Shown: piece by piece, positions 1-10,446 of the stretch
Numbering within the stretch: the stretch's first letter is position 1
How the letters are laid out: each line of letters begins with the position of its first letter
Sequence record: NC_023610.1
Length of the DNA: 64,000 nt
Direction: 5' to 3' (one strand)
The notes under the pieces: generated by a model
Told to the model about the DNA's origin: nothing
Seen by the model: only the letters and a program-made list of their open reading frames with translations
Databases searched by the model: none
Program-made: the position numbers and the translations under genes

Positions 1-370
1 CGTGAACGTCTTGGGTGTAGTTAAATTCCAGGGCGTACAAATCCCGCTGGACGGTACGGGTACCGCCTTCGTTCAATTCCCGTCCGTTCTTTTTAAACGA
101 GTAGCGCACGCCTTTACCTGCGGCTTCGGCGACTATTTCGTAGTCGGATTCATTTGCGTGTATTTTTGTACGCATGAATCCTTGTTTATGAAAGTCCCCT
201 GCCTCGGGGTTGTATGACGTCAGCATTTTGAGGAGTGTACTCTTACCTGAACCATTCTTTCCAACAATCACTTGATACGGAGATTGGGGACGGTAAAGGA
301 TGCGGCTGACAGCATTCAGCATCAGACGTTTGTTTTTCACTACCTCGGATTCGGTTATCCGGTAAGCCAT
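1..370 (-). CDS. sbcC: SbcC/Rad50-like ATPase, N-terminal part (runs off left edge; not in ORF track)
   Basis: Manual translation from ATG at 370 (SD GAGG upstream): MAYRITESEVVKNKRLMLNAVSRILYRPQSPYQVIVGKNGSGKSTLLKML..., open to position 1. Walker A GKNGSGKST in an SMC/Rad50 context; lies next to the spike gene, as recalled for phiKZ gp164/165. Confidence 0.85.
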   Translation of the reverse strand, partial: MAYRITESEVVKNKRLMLNAVSRILYRPQSPYQVIVGKNGSGKSTLLKMLTSYNPEAGDFHKQGFMRTKIHANESDYEIVAEAAGKGVRYSFKKNGRELNEGGTRTVQRDLYALEFNYTQDVH

Positions 371-422
371 TATTCTTATTCCTCGTGAGGCTAAAGTTAA
401 GCGGTCTAACAGATACGCTTGC

Positions 423-426
423 TATG
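423..426 (+). promoter_or_regulatory. putative late promoter (TATG)
   Basis: TATGTAAAAAAT 27-30 nt upstream of the spike ATG; phiKZ non-virion RNAP late promoters have a TATG core. Confidence 0.45.
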
Positions 427-452
427 TAAAAAATCATATTAGCGAGGACGTC

Positions 453-1433
453 ATGGCCAGCAAAGAAGATTCCTCTCCCTGGAGACTCTTTTGTATTGGG
501 GTGGTGGCTGAGAACAAACCCCTCAGTACGAATAACATTCTCTTTACGCCTTTAGAGAAAACCCCGCTGATGCAGGGTGACTTGATGGCGAATGCGCAGC
601 AGATAAAAGTAGAAGGGACGGATGCCTCAGGGAACAAGTTCCAGGCCCAGGCAAACACCGACGCTGCGATGGAAGCGACCTGGCTCCCGTCTGATGCAAA
701 CCGCGACACGGCCCCCGATGTGATGCGTGGGGAGAAAGTCTTCATCTATCGTTACGCCGACGGCAAGACGTACTTCTGGCGAGAGATGAACACCGACCGT
801 AAACTGCGCCGTGGGGAAACGATTCGTTGGTCTGCCTCTGCAACCCTTGACCCGAACGGTACCGGGGAAGTCACCGAAGACACTCACTACCTCTTTGAAC
901 TCTCTGGACACACCGGGGCGATTAACCTACTCACCAGTCAGGCAAATGGTGAGAAGAGTCGTTACCAGTTTACCATTGATGGGAAAGGGGGTTTGATTCT
1001 CTTGGGGGATGGTGAAGGGAACCGCTTCAGTCTGGACACGGTTAACACGGTGGTACAGTTAATGAACGCCATGGAAACGGTGCTTCAATTGAACCAACGT
1101 GACTTTCTTGTCGCGGCGGATGAAGATGGGGTGATGCAATTTGCCCGGATGTTAATCGACCTGAAACAGAACGGGACGATTCAAGCCAAAGACTTCATCA
1201 AGATTCTCGGTGGGAAACGTATCGAGTTAGAAGCTATCGACATCCTGTTAAACGGCATCCTGCACCTGAACGGTCCGATTGTTCAGGACGACGGTGTGGC
1301 AGGTGGTTACGTGGCGCAGATGAAGGGGCCGCTTACCGTGGAGAAAGAAGGCACGTTCAACAACGTTACCGTTTCTGGTCACGACCACGACGAGACTGGC
1401 AGCAGAACCAAAAAACCCAACCAGGGAACATAA
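453..1433 (+). CDS. baseplate central spike (gp5/gpV-like)
   Basis: 326 aa; OB-like N-terminus with PDVMRGEKV motif, beta-helix-like middle, C-terminal HDH (HxH) metal-binding tip. Confidence 0.75.
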   Translation: MASKEDSSPWRLFCIGVVAENKPLSTNNILFTPLEKTPLMQGDLMANAQQIKVEGTDASGNKFQAQANTDAAMEATWLPSDANRDTAPDVMRGEKVFIYRYADGKTYFWREMNTDRKLRRGETIRWSASATLDPNGTGEVTEDTHYLFELSGHTGAINLLTSQANGEKSRYQFTIDGKGGLILLGDGEGNRFSLDTVNTVVQLMNAMETVLQLNQRDFLVAADEDGVMQFARMLIDLKQNGTIQAKDFIKILGGKRIELEAIDILLNGILHLNGPIVQDDGVAGGYVAQMKGPLTVEKEGTFNNVTVSGHDHDETGSRTKKPNQGT

Positions 1434-1438
1434 GAGCA

Positions 1439-1478
1439 CTCCTCCTGCCCCGAAAGGCAGGAGGAGGCTTTATGCTGC
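1439..1478. terminator. bidirectional hairpin terminator followed by TTTATGCTGC
   Basis: ctcctcctgcc-ccgaaa-ggcaggaggag 11-bp stem between convergent genes. Confidence 0.8.
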
Positions 1479-3299
1479 TTACACGCGGGAGATTAGCGTA
1501 GAGCCTTGTTTGGTGATGGTGATTTCACCGCTCATGCTCCAGTTGGTTCCACGACCGGTATCGTTGTAGACCTTGATGTAGTTCCAGCGACCAACCCCAA
1601 CAGCTGGCAGGTTGAATGGACCCACGTTCACGGTACCGGAGTTACGTCCGTTGTTACCGGTATCTTTGTACATCACCTGCGCATCACCAATACCGTCACC
1701 GCCACTGTAGACGTAGAAGTATTGACGTTCACCGGAACCGCAGTACACGTTCAGACCAGAAAGCGTACGCGCGAAGTTTGCACCCGGAATACGGTAGATG
1801 GCCGTTGGTGTACGGATAGCTCCGCCCTGAGACCAACCAGGGAGCGTCTGGTTACCCGTCTGCCCCTCTGCTTCGTTCATCATGCGCGTCACCAGCAGTG
1901 AACCACCACGTGGTGTCAGGTAACGGTCAGAAGCCGTACCTGCTTGCGCTTCCGCATCGTTAGCCGTCAGGAAGTTATTGACGTTACCCAACCCAACCTG
2001 AGCTTTCGTCACGTTGTGTGGGTTGTCCTGACGGTTGGCGTGGGCGTTAATCAGTGGCACTGCCAGCACGTTAATCGCTTGTGCAGTACGCAGCGGTGTC
2101 ATGTACGTGGCATTGTCCGCCCCGACTTGTGCCTGCGACTGACTGGCAATCCCGTAGTTCTGCACTGCACCCAAACCAACTTGTGCCGCCGTCACGCCGT
2201 GTGGGTTAGAGCGGTTGTTGATGTGGGCGTTCAACGGAATCAACGCCTGTTTCGAAACAGCCTGGGCTGTACGAAGAGGCGTCATGTACAGGACGTTACT
2301 GGTTCCGTTCTCAGCATCAAGCTGGGTGGCAATCCCGTAGTTCTCAACGGAGCCTAACCCGACTTGCGCTTTGGTTGTCGCATGGGGGTTGTTCTTATCG
2401 TTGATGTGGGCTTGAATCACCGGGGTGATGTTGAGCGCGGTGTACTTGGCGATTTCCTGCCAGGTAGTCAGTGGCGTCATGTACAACGTAGACGAGGTGC
2501 CCGCTTCCGCTTCCGCCTGAGTAGCAGGACGGTAGTTTTCCACAATCCCTAAGCCAACCTGCGCCTTGGTGGTATTGTGGGGGTTGTTCTTGTCTGCGAT
2601 GTGGGCGTTGAGGTTCGCTTCCACTTGCGCCAGGTGTTGCTCAATAGCCAGGCAACGAGCATCCAGGCGATTGACGTTGGCGTACAGGTCAGCATCCACT
2701 GCATCGAGCCGTGCCACTTCATCCAACATCTGCTGACGAACACGGTTGATGTATTCGTAGATAACGTTGTGCGAAGCGACGTCACCCTGAATCACCGCCC
2801 GCGTCAACTCTTCCAGCGCCAGCACCACGTACTCCAGGGAGTACAGGTCAGTGGCAGCATGTAAGTGCTTGCTCGGGTTGAAGGTCAGCGGTTTACCCCA
2901 GATGTTACCCCAGGAGACCACACGGTCGTCCTGCATCAAATCGTTCATCATTTTCACGATGGCGTCGATGCTGTAGGAGTAAGGTCCGCCCACAACCTGA
3001 TACGTCAGCAACACGGTATCGTAGTCGCGGTTCACCAGGTTCAGGATGTTGTACACCGGTAAACCCAGGTTCTGGGTGGCTTCAACGTACGGGTAAATCA
3101 GGGTGTAGTCGGTACCGAGGTCGAGTTTCTTCCCACTGGCTTTGTCAGTAACGACCATGGAGTCGCCGTAGAACGGACCACCAAAGGGCTGAAACGCTCG
3201 GTTAAACTGTTTATCGACGGTGCGCTCTTCACCGATTACTCGGTTAGCCGCACTCTGCCCCGTTCTGTCCAACGGGTACTTGGGTTTGGTTAAGGCCAT
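1479..3299 (-). CDS. tail fibre / virion structural protein with four H..NPH..TKAQVGLG repeats
   Basis: 606 aa; jumbo-phage fibre N-terminus (YPLDRTGQSAANRV), coiled coil, four ~60-aa repeats, distinct beta-rich C-terminal domain. Confidence 0.8.
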   Translation of the reverse strand: MALTKPKYPLDRTGQSAANRVIGEERTVDKQFNRAFQPFGGPFYGDSMVVTDKASGKKLDLGTDYTLIYPYVEATQNLGLPVYNILNLVNRDYDTVLLTYQVVGGPYSYSIDAIVKMMNDLMQDDRVVSWGNIWGKPLTFNPSKHLHAATDLYSLEYVVLALEELTRAVIQGDVASHNVIYEYINRVRQQMLDEVARLDAVDADLYANVNRLDARCLAIEQHLAQVEANLNAHIADKNNPHNTTKAQVGLGIVENYRPATQAEAEAGTSSTLYMTPLTTWQEIAKYTALNITPVIQAHINDKNNPHATTKAQVGLGSVENYGIATQLDAENGTSNVLYMTPLRTAQAVSKQALIPLNAHINNRSNPHGVTAAQVGLGAVQNYGIASQSQAQVGADNATYMTPLRTAQAINVLAVPLINAHANRQDNPHNVTKAQVGLGNVNNFLTANDAEAQAGTASDRYLTPRGGSLLVTRMMNEAEGQTGNQTLPGWSQGGAIRTPTAIYRIPGANFARTLSGLNVYCGSGERQYFYVYSGGDGIGDAQVMYKDTGNNGRNSGTVNVGPFNLPAVGVGRWNYIKVYNDTGRGTNWSMSGEITITKQGSTLISRV

Positions 3300-3362
3300 C
3301 GTAAGGCTCCCTTTGGGGTTACTTCAAGCGAATATAAAGCGGGTCAGTCTATAAAATGAGAC

Positions 3363-4457
3363 TTACGGCGGAGTGATGTTCGACAAGACACCGTCTTCCT
3401 TGGTGAAGTAGAGTTGCTTGTCCACGGTGGAACTGAACAGGCGACCCTGCGGCATCTCCATGACGGCCTTTGGGTTACCCGCAGCATACTTGACCCAGGC
3501 ACGGTTTTCGTACTTCCAGGTGGAGTTGTCACGGGCGTCGATAATCGGTTTATTGCTACCCGGTGACTGGAACACCTTGAAGGTAGCCTGTGGCTGACTG
3601 AATGCAATGTAACCAATCTTTGCCGGTTGCTGGAAGCGTTTCAGGTCAGCGCTGGTCAATGGGATGACCAAGGAGTTGGCTTCGCTGTACACAGTCGGTG
3701 AACCCACGTCAGAGGCCCAGATTTTAATCTGCGTTGCCGTACGTTCCACCTTCAGTCGCACAGGTCCTGCTGTACCCCAACTTCCCTTCCCGCCGTTGGT
3801 GGTAATCCCTTCCGCAGGAATCACTGAACCATCCGCATGGTGCAGGGTACCGGTCACGCCACCGATGTACTTCATGGTACCGGTCGGACTCGCCGGGTTC
3901 ATTACCACGTACACCGGGTCAATACGGTAACTGGCGTCATGGGGGACAACCGTGGAGAAAGTGCGGTACACCATCAACGACATCGGGACACCGTTCTCTT
4001 CCAGATACGCCAGGCACAGACCGATAGCATCGTCATCCCCATCTGCACTGGACAATTCGACTTCAAAGATGTAGCTGTCGTATTTGTCAGGCGACAAGAA
4101 GCCGGTGGTGTACACGGAGTTCACGGTGCAGACAATCGCATCGTTCGCTGAGTCGTAGTTCCACGCAGCGGCTTCGGTCGGGTCCGTCATCTTGTTGGTC
4201 CCGTTCAGTGAGATGCGCTCCCACTGGTTGAACACGGTTCCAAAGCTGGCACTCTTTTGGTCGTTAAGTTGAGCATCCGTGTTGACGATAGGATAAAAGT
4301 TTACCAGTGGTCCGGAAACTACGCTCGGCGTACCGTCCTCAACTTTGCTGAACAACGCATCACCCTTACTCCAGTTAGGGCGGTCAAGGAGGTCGTAAAT
4401 ACCGGTATTCACCAACACCTTAAATTGCTGGTAAAATTCCCGCAAACTAATTTTCAT
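3363..4457 (-). CDS. virion structural protein (fibre-associated, lectin-like)
   Basis: 364 aa in the fibre operon; C-terminal module resembles that of ORF 7794..10370. Confidence 0.6.
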   Translation of the reverse strand: MKISLREFYQQFKVLVNTGIYDLLDRPNWSKGDALFSKVEDGTPSVVSGPLVNFYPIVNTDAQLNDQKSASFGTVFNQWERISLNGTNKMTDPTEAAAWNYDSANDAIVCTVNSVYTTGFLSPDKYDSYIFEVELSSADGDDDAIGLCLAYLEENGVPMSLMVYRTFSTVVPHDASYRIDPVYVVMNPASPTGTMKYIGGVTGTLHHADGSVIPAEGITTNGGKGSWGTAGPVRLKVERTATQIKIWASDVGSPTVYSEANSLVIPLTSADLKRFQQPAKIGYIAFSQPQATFKVFQSPGSNKPIIDARDNSTWKYENRAWVKYAAGNPKAVMEMPQGRLFSSTVDKQLYFTKEDGVLSNITPP

Positions 4458-4501
4458 CGCAACACCCTTCTAAATTGGTCTCCGTCCGTGGAGAAGAGTC
4501 C

Positions 4502-7183
4502 TTAAGGGAAGGTCCAGTTTAAAGCGCCGGTGGTTGTCGGGTTACCGCTCGAGGCCGGGATGGCGAACGGAGCCTTATCAAACGACAAGGAGAAGCCGTC
4601 AATCCCTACCACTTTAAAGACTGTTACACTGACGACGTGCGTCGTGTCCGTGGCGACAGTCCCTACGAGTAATCGGTTCCGGTCAGCGCTTTGTGGACCG
4701 TTGGTGACCAGGTAGTCAAACTGTCCATCGGTCAACTGAACGTAAATGTAAAAGGTTTTGTTACTGGGGTCAGCTATTACGCTGGTCAGGTTGACGGTTT
4801 TCTTCGGCGCACGACCTTTGATACCCGCAATCTGGCAATATACCTCTTCTGAGAAGTATACGTTCCAGCTCCCCTTCACTGCCTGCGTTGCAATTACCTT
4901 GGCTTTGGTGGTTGGCCCTGACAACACACTCGTCTTGGTTCGTCCGTACGACATCACCGTCAGGGTGGTTTGTACGAATAAACTGTCGACACTGGTGTTC
5001 ATCGCCACCACCCCTAACGAGGAGGGGAGAGCAAAGAGTTCGTCTTGGTTCGCGTACCCATGACCTTGGTAATCTCGAATGGCGAACATCGCACCATCGC
5101 TGTCATTGAATCCCACCGCCTGCGTCGGATGTCCAGAGTTACCCGGATAACTGGCGGAGAATGGAATCGACCCGCCCACAAAGGTGTAGTCGGTTTGTTC
5201 AGCAATGGTCATCCCGATACCACCGGCTCCCACGTTCACCACGGAGATAACACCCGTCGCGACTTGTGCAGACAATCGTTTTTGAGTAATCGACACCGCA
5301 GACAACGTCCCGCCCGACCATCCGGTTTTATCCCCCATTGTCAGGAAACTAAAACCTGCCCCATCGCCCATGATAATCAAAGTCAGTGATACGAACTTGT
5401 TGGCCAACTTCTTCGTCAGAATGCGCGGGATGGCGACCACCGTGTGCATACTGCGAATTGTCCCTACCCCGCCCAACTCAGCGCGTGCAGATGCTTCAAT
5501 TGCATCGAAGACCGCTGCCGTCACTGTAGTATCATTCGTCCCTATCCCGTATTGGTCAAGGTTAGAAGACCCACTGGGTGCGTCGCGGGTAAACGTATTG
5601 GACAACCGGACATTAAAGTTGACATCAATCTCTGTTAACATCCGGGAAGTTTCCATCCCCCCGGTCGCTTCCCTCCCCGTGTCCAATGCCCACGTCGAGG
5701 TGGTGCCGTCCGGGTAGTTGAACACCGTGGTATCGTTGTAGTTGATACCGGTGATGTTCGCCTGCCCGCCATCGAAAGAGACGCGGAGTTTATCCTTCGC
5801 TAGCACTTTCGGGATACGGATACTCACCGTCAGGGGCGTAGGGTAGTTACCTTTATACGCATACGGCGGTTTCCCACTGAAGTTACGTTGTTTCGGGTCC
5901 AACCACACCGCATCAGGAACCACCCCAAGGTACTGTTGTTGGGAAGTCCCGTAGACCACAGAGTTGGTTTGTGTCAACACTTCTTTCGTGCGCGGACAGC
6001 GGCCAAACGACGGTCTGACGTTACCCAGCCCCGAAAGACCGTACTTAACTGTATCCGGGTAAGAAGCCAAACCATTGATAACGATGCTGTTGGCGTTGGT
6101 GTCACCTACCGCTTGTGTCGGACCCAACGAGTTGGGTTGCCAGGTAAAGGTCTTCGTTATCAGGTTAACATCCACTTGACGGCTGACCTGAACACGGATG
6201 GAAGCACCGCTCGCCAAACTCACCCATTGTTCATGGACGAAGAAAAGACGATACGTATCACCCGACAAGAATGTGGCGTGGATACTCGGCGGCTGAATCA
6301 TCGGCGCGGTTGCTGGGAGGTTATCCGTCCATTCGAAATAGACCGAGTCATTCCCTAAACCAGGTACCCCAGTGGTGTAGTACTTTGACACCGCAATCGC
6401 ATCCCAGCTGTTGAACTGGTTGCCGTGAATGTCTTTACCCGTCCAACCTAAGAGTTGGGTTGCAGCACTTGCTGGGTTACCCGTGTACGTTTCCATTTTA
6501 TCCACCACGATAGACAAGGCTACACCTTGCGTGTCGTTGAGGTTGTAATGGAAATGGTAGAGACTACCCTTGTGCGCCAGTACGCAAGAAAGGCTCGGGG
6601 TCCAGGTGCTACCGATAATCCCTTTCAGTCCGGTCGCGTGGGCAGCCGGGTCCAGTGTCCCCGTACGCTCACTGACCGCAAAGAAAGAACGGTTGTTTAC
6701 ACTATCCCTGACCAGTAACGCCACCTGTGTCTCCAGACCGTTTATCACGGCGATAGGACGTTGGGTGTCTGGTAGGTACGACGGTTGCCAGATGTTCGCT
6801 AACGGACTGTATCCTTCGACATTCCCTAACGCATTGACATTGTACTTGCAGAGGTAAACCCCGTACTGCGAACCGTCACATCCTGCCCGGAGATAGTTAC
6901 GTGACCCGTCTGCTTCGACGTTGTACGCAATCCCCGGGTTGTAAGTCGCCGCCCCTTCGTACTTCACCGAGATATTTGGCGGGATGAACCCCAGGTCGCC
7001 GAACTGGGACAACGGAAGGTCACCAGAACCTGCTATCAGGGCGAGTTTCGCATCCACCTGGTCTTTGGTGTACGTCCCGACTTGTTCGGTGGTAACCTCG
7101 TTTGGGTTTGCCCCGTCATCAATGGCCTGCTGGTAATCGGTCACCGATTTGATGGTCTCACCAACACTCACCGATTTTACCAT
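4502..7183 (-). CDS. large virion/tail fibre-associated protein
   Basis: 893 aa, beta/T/G-rich; N-terminal NPNEVTTEQVGTYTKDQVD motif shared with the neighbouring 184-aa gene. Confidence 0.6.
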   Translation of the reverse strand: MVKSVSVGETIKSVTDYQQAIDDGANPNEVTTEQVGTYTKDQVDAKLALIAGSGDLPLSQFGDLGFIPPNISVKYEGAATYNPGIAYNVEADGSRNYLRAGCDGSQYGVYLCKYNVNALGNVEGYSPLANIWQPSYLPDTQRPIAVINGLETQVALLVRDSVNNRSFFAVSERTGTLDPAAHATGLKGIIGSTWTPSLSCVLAHKGSLYHFHYNLNDTQGVALSIVVDKMETYTGNPASAATQLLGWTGKDIHGNQFNSWDAIAVSKYYTTGVPGLGNDSVYFEWTDNLPATAPMIQPPSIHATFLSGDTYRLFFVHEQWVSLASGASIRVQVSRQVDVNLITKTFTWQPNSLGPTQAVGDTNANSIVINGLASYPDTVKYGLSGLGNVRPSFGRCPRTKEVLTQTNSVVYGTSQQQYLGVVPDAVWLDPKQRNFSGKPPYAYKGNYPTPLTVSIRIPKVLAKDKLRVSFDGGQANITGINYNDTTVFNYPDGTTSTWALDTGREATGGMETSRMLTEIDVNFNVRLSNTFTRDAPSGSSNLDQYGIGTNDTTVTAAVFDAIEASARAELGGVGTIRSMHTVVAIPRILTKKLANKFVSLTLIIMGDGAGFSFLTMGDKTGWSGGTLSAVSITQKRLSAQVATGVISVVNVGAGGIGMTIAEQTDYTFVGGSIPFSASYPGNSGHPTQAVGFNDSDGAMFAIRDYQGHGYANQDELFALPSSLGVVAMNTSVDSLFVQTTLTVMSYGRTKTSVLSGPTTKAKVIATQAVKGSWNVYFSEEVYCQIAGIKGRAPKKTVNLTSVIADPSNKTFYIYVQLTDGQFDYLVTNGPQSADRNRLLVGTVATDTTHVVSVTVFKVVGIDGFSLSFDKAPFAIPASSGNPTTTGALNWTFP

Positions 7184-7731
7184 GACGTATTCCCCGCACT
7201 GTTCGAAACAGGGATGGCGTTCCCGCGGCGGGTGTTAGACAGACGCTTACCGCCAATCTGGATGACTGGAGTAAAATCGGTCAACGTTGCACTGGTACCT
7301 GTCCCCACTGCTTTACCGAGATACATCAACGTATTCGACTCAGCCTGTTCAGTCGCACTGACCACGTAGGTCAACGCCCCCACATCTGCCTTCAGGTAAA
7401 TGAAGTTCGTTGCCCCGGAGGTTTTGGTGATAGTCAGGGTACTGACCGGAAGAACCACACGGATACCCGCCAACAAGGAAGGAACGGCAGTGTTAATCTT
7501 CAGCCCTGCGCTATCGACCGCCACGGAAATGGCGAAGGTGTCGGATTGTCCCCAGTAAGAAATGGGAACGTCACTCAACTGGAGTTTGGCGGCGAGCAGA
7601 GAATCAATTTCGGTTTTGGTGTACGCATTGATTTGAGCGGCAGTAACGTTGGTCGGGTTATTGGTGTTATTAACGAATTGAGTAACAAAATCTAATACGG
7701 GCTTGAGTACCGCTCTGAGAGATACTTTCAT
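7177..7731 (-). CDS. small virion/tail protein
   Basis: 184 aa; NPTNVTAAQINAYTKTEID motif; C-terminus (LSNTRRGNAIPVS) resembles the end of the 893-aa protein (LSFDKAPFAIPAS). Confidence 0.65.
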   Translation of the reverse strand: MKVSLRAVLKPVLDFVTQFVNNTNNPTNVTAAQINAYTKTEIDSLLAAKLQLSDVPISYWGQSDTFAISVAVDSAGLKINTAVPSLLAGIRVVLPVSTLTITKTSGATNFIYLKADVGALTYVVSATEQAESNTLMYLGKAVGTGTSATLTDFTPVIQIGGKRLSNTRRGNAIPVSNSAGNTSW

Positions 7732-7764
7732 GTTACACCCTTTATGGTTTAATCAGAATAAAGA

Positions 7765-7783
7765 GAGGGGACGAATCCCCTCT
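7765..7783 (-). terminator. intrinsic terminator
   Basis: Minus strand gaggggattcgtcccctc followed by tcttttatt. Confidence 0.7.
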
Positions 7784-7793
7784 TCTTAGATTA

Positions 7794-10370
7794 CTACGCG
7801 GTGGTACCATCGTCGTACTTGATATCACCGTTGACGGTCAGGTCGCGGTCGACTGTACCGGTCAGCGCCAGAGATACGCCGTAACCATTGCTGGTCGCTT
7901 TGATTTCCGTGCTGTCTGCGATACCGAAGGTCGGCGACGCCATCAGCATCACACGCTCAGTGCTCAGTGCCATGAAGACTTCGTTCGTGTACTCGTTAAA
8001 GTAGAAACGGGATTTACGAAGCGGGCCCTCGAAGCCTGCCACATTGGTCCAAGCACCTTTGGCGTAACTGTAGGTCTTCGCCCCAACAACGTCAGTGAAG
8101 ACGAAGTTCAGGCTCGGCCAGTTATCCGGTTTGAAGGTGACATCAGCCAGGTCAGTGGTTGGGGTCAGTAAGCCAGCACCGAAGACGTATGCCAGGTCAG
8201 TCAACGTCAGACCCGTTTCGGTCAGGATGTTGGTCAACGGATACGTTGCGGTGAAGATTTGCGTAGTCCCGTTCTTCAGGATAATCTGAAGGTTAACGCC
8301 ACGGGTGATTTTCGCGCTGTAGGTCAGGGTTGCTCCTGCGGCGGCACTTAACGCAGTTTCTGCTTTCGCATCCACCAACGTCCCTTGGCTGTCCAGGTAC
8401 ACTTCCGTCACGCCGGTGGTACGAATACGCGCCGCCATGAAGTTGTCTTCCATGTTACCGGACCCGGTATCCACCTGGTAGTACACTAACGGTAAGTACA
8501 CCGCAATGCCCGCACGCATGGTGAATGTCCCGGTAAAGGTCAGGACGGACGGTAAGACGTCGTACTCGTTGTCCGTGAACTGCCACGCCAGGGTTGGGGT
8601 ACCGGTGTTGTTCCCTTTGGTCACGAGACCCAAACGAGACGCAGTCCAGTCGCCTTCCACAGTGGAGTCAGCCAGCAGGCCTTCAAACGGGGCACGGGTG
8701 ATGATGTCGTTCACCCAACCGGTGTTCGCCGTCAAGTGATAACCATCAACCAACAGCGTATCCAGCAAAGCACCCGCCGTTGATGGAATCATGTACTTGT
8801 CTGGCGCACCATTCAGTACATCCGTTTCCGACGCTGCCGCGTAGTTCTGTACCTGACCCAACCCAATCGAGTCTTTGGTTACAGGTTCAGCACCCGCTGC
8901 AATCATGTCGTGCACGGGACCGTTCAGGAAGATACGCAGGTCAGCCGCAGAGACGTATTTGTCGTCTGCTGTCATCGCCAGAATATCAGCGTCTTCTGCC
9001 ATACCGTAGTTCTGAACATTGCCGAGGCCGACCTGTGCTTTGGTCGTGTTATGCGGGTTGTTGTAATCCGCGATGTGCGCAGCAATACCATCGCTACCGG
9101 TGGCTTTCAGAATCTGGTTCACCAGGTAAGCGGTCATCAGCTTATCGGTGGCCGTCCCTGCAATGGCTTCCTGTAGCGTTGCCACCCCGTAGTTTGGCAC
9201 GTTACCTAAACCTACCTGGTCTTTGGTGACCTGGTGCGGGTTACTGAAGTCCAACAAGTGTGCGGAGAGACCCTGACCCGAACCGTTGGAGATAGCTTGC
9301 GCTACCAGGTACGGAGACATAAAGGTGGTGGTACTGGTTCCCGAAATCGCTTCGGCCAATGTCGCCATCGCATAGTTCGGTACGCTACCCAGACCCACTT
9401 GCGCCTTCGTGACGTTATGCGGGTTGTTGGTGTTCCCGGTGTGCGACGCCAGCGCCAACGGAGCCAATACGTCAATGGCCGCTTTAGTCAGTGCAGGTGT
9501 CATGAAGCGGTTGGTTGCTACACCCGCTTGTGCCTCCACAACGGTCGCCGTCTGGTAGTTGTCAACTGACCCTAAACCAACCTGGGCTTTCGTTGTACCG
9601 TGCGGGTTGTCCGTCCGATTCGCGTGCGCATTAATCATCGGAACAATGAACTTGTTAGTGAAGTCCATCACACGCAATGACGTCATGTACTTGACGTTGT
9701 CAGTACCGGTCTCGGCTTCTTCTTTACTGGCCGGAACCAGGTTACCCAGGTCATCAATGCCCAAGTCAGCCAAGGTAATGTGGTGCGGGTTGGCGTGGTC
9801 AGCAATGTGCTCAAGGAGAGCCTGAAGCGCTTTGTTGTACCCGGCTTCCTGTGCGTCAATCAAGTCATACAGGCGAGCCACCACTTCATTCATCCCGACC
9901 ATGTCGTCCACATTGTGACGATGCGGTACCGGTGGTAACTCATCCGGGATGTCCACTACCGCAGCCCAGGTCACGGTGCGCGGGTCAAGCTGTTTGTTGG
10001 CCAGCAGCGTCGTAATCTGGTTGATATCCAGAACGAACTCGCCACCCAGCGTCTGATAATCAATTTCGACTATCAGGTTTGCCTGCGGGTCGTTCATGAC
10101 GATAGCACCGTAAATAGGTTGCATCGCCCCCGACAGAATCATCTGGTCAAAACGGAAACCGAAGTAATAGTCGTACCCTGGACGTAACGGCAACTGGGTT
10201 GCGGCATTCCGTAGCACGAAACCACGTCGGTGAAACGGTCCCTTGGTAGGGATAAAGAAGTTCGTCTGACCGTTGCCCACAGGCGTAATGGTATGACGCT
10301 CCTTAGTAATCTTGTTGTTCGTATTCGTCCCGTATGGGTCAAACTCGAACTCGTACGCTTTCGTTACCAT
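7794..10370 (-). CDS. tail fibre protein with five to six NPH..TKAQVGLG repeats
   Basis: Likely start MVTKAYEFEFDPYG (SD GAGG); paralogous to 1479..3299 in its N-terminus and repeats. Confidence 0.8.
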   Translation of the reverse strand: MVTKAYEFEFDPYGTNTNNKITKERHTITPVGNGQTNFFIPTKGPFHRRGFVLRNAATQLPLRPGYDYYFGFRFDQMILSGAMQPIYGAIVMNDPQANLIVEIDYQTLGGEFVLDINQITTLLANKQLDPRTVTWAAVVDIPDELPPVPHRHNVDDMVGMNEVVARLYDLIDAQEAGYNKALQALLEHIADHANPHHITLADLGIDDLGNLVPASKEEAETGTDNVKYMTSLRVMDFTNKFIVPMINAHANRTDNPHGTTKAQVGLGSVDNYQTATVVEAQAGVATNRFMTPALTKAAIDVLAPLALASHTGNTNNPHNVTKAQVGLGSVPNYAMATLAEAISGTSTTTFMSPYLVAQAISNGSGQGLSAHLLDFSNPHQVTKDQVGLGNVPNYGVATLQEAIAGTATDKLMTAYLVNQILKATGSDGIAAHIADYNNPHNTTKAQVGLGNVQNYGMAEDADILAMTADDKYVSAADLRIFLNGPVHDMIAAGAEPVTKDSIGLGQVQNYAAASETDVLNGAPDKYMIPSTAGALLDTLLVDGYHLTANTGWVNDIITRAPFEGLLADSTVEGDWTASRLGLVTKGNNTGTPTLAWQFTDNEYDVLPSVLTFTGTFTMRAGIAVYLPLVYYQVDTGSGNMEDNFMAARIRTTGVTEVYLDSQGTLVDAKAETALSAAAGATLTYSAKITRGVNLQIILKNGTTQIFTATYPLTNILTETGLTLTDLAYVFGAGLLTPTTDLADVTFKPDNWPSLNFVFTDVVGAKTYSYAKGAWTNVAGFEGPLRKSRFYFNEYTNEVFMALSTERVMLMASPTFGIADSTEIKATSNGYGVSLALTGTVDRDLTVNGDIKYDDGTTA

Positions 10371-10446
10371 GGAAAAAGTTCCTCGAGGTTTATTCACCCG
10401 GCCGGATGGGTAGACATAGAATTTAACCGTTTTCAGGAGTTAGCTC

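Noticed and set aside
2-437. ORF-track calls 2..217 (+) and 243..437 (-)
   Set aside because: Both overlap the real minus-strand SbcC-like frame (<1..370) with its Walker A motif.
1900-2600. Periodic DNA similarity suggesting a CRISPR or repeat array
   Set aside because: It comes from degenerate protein repeats within the fibre ORF; no identical repeats with unique spacers.
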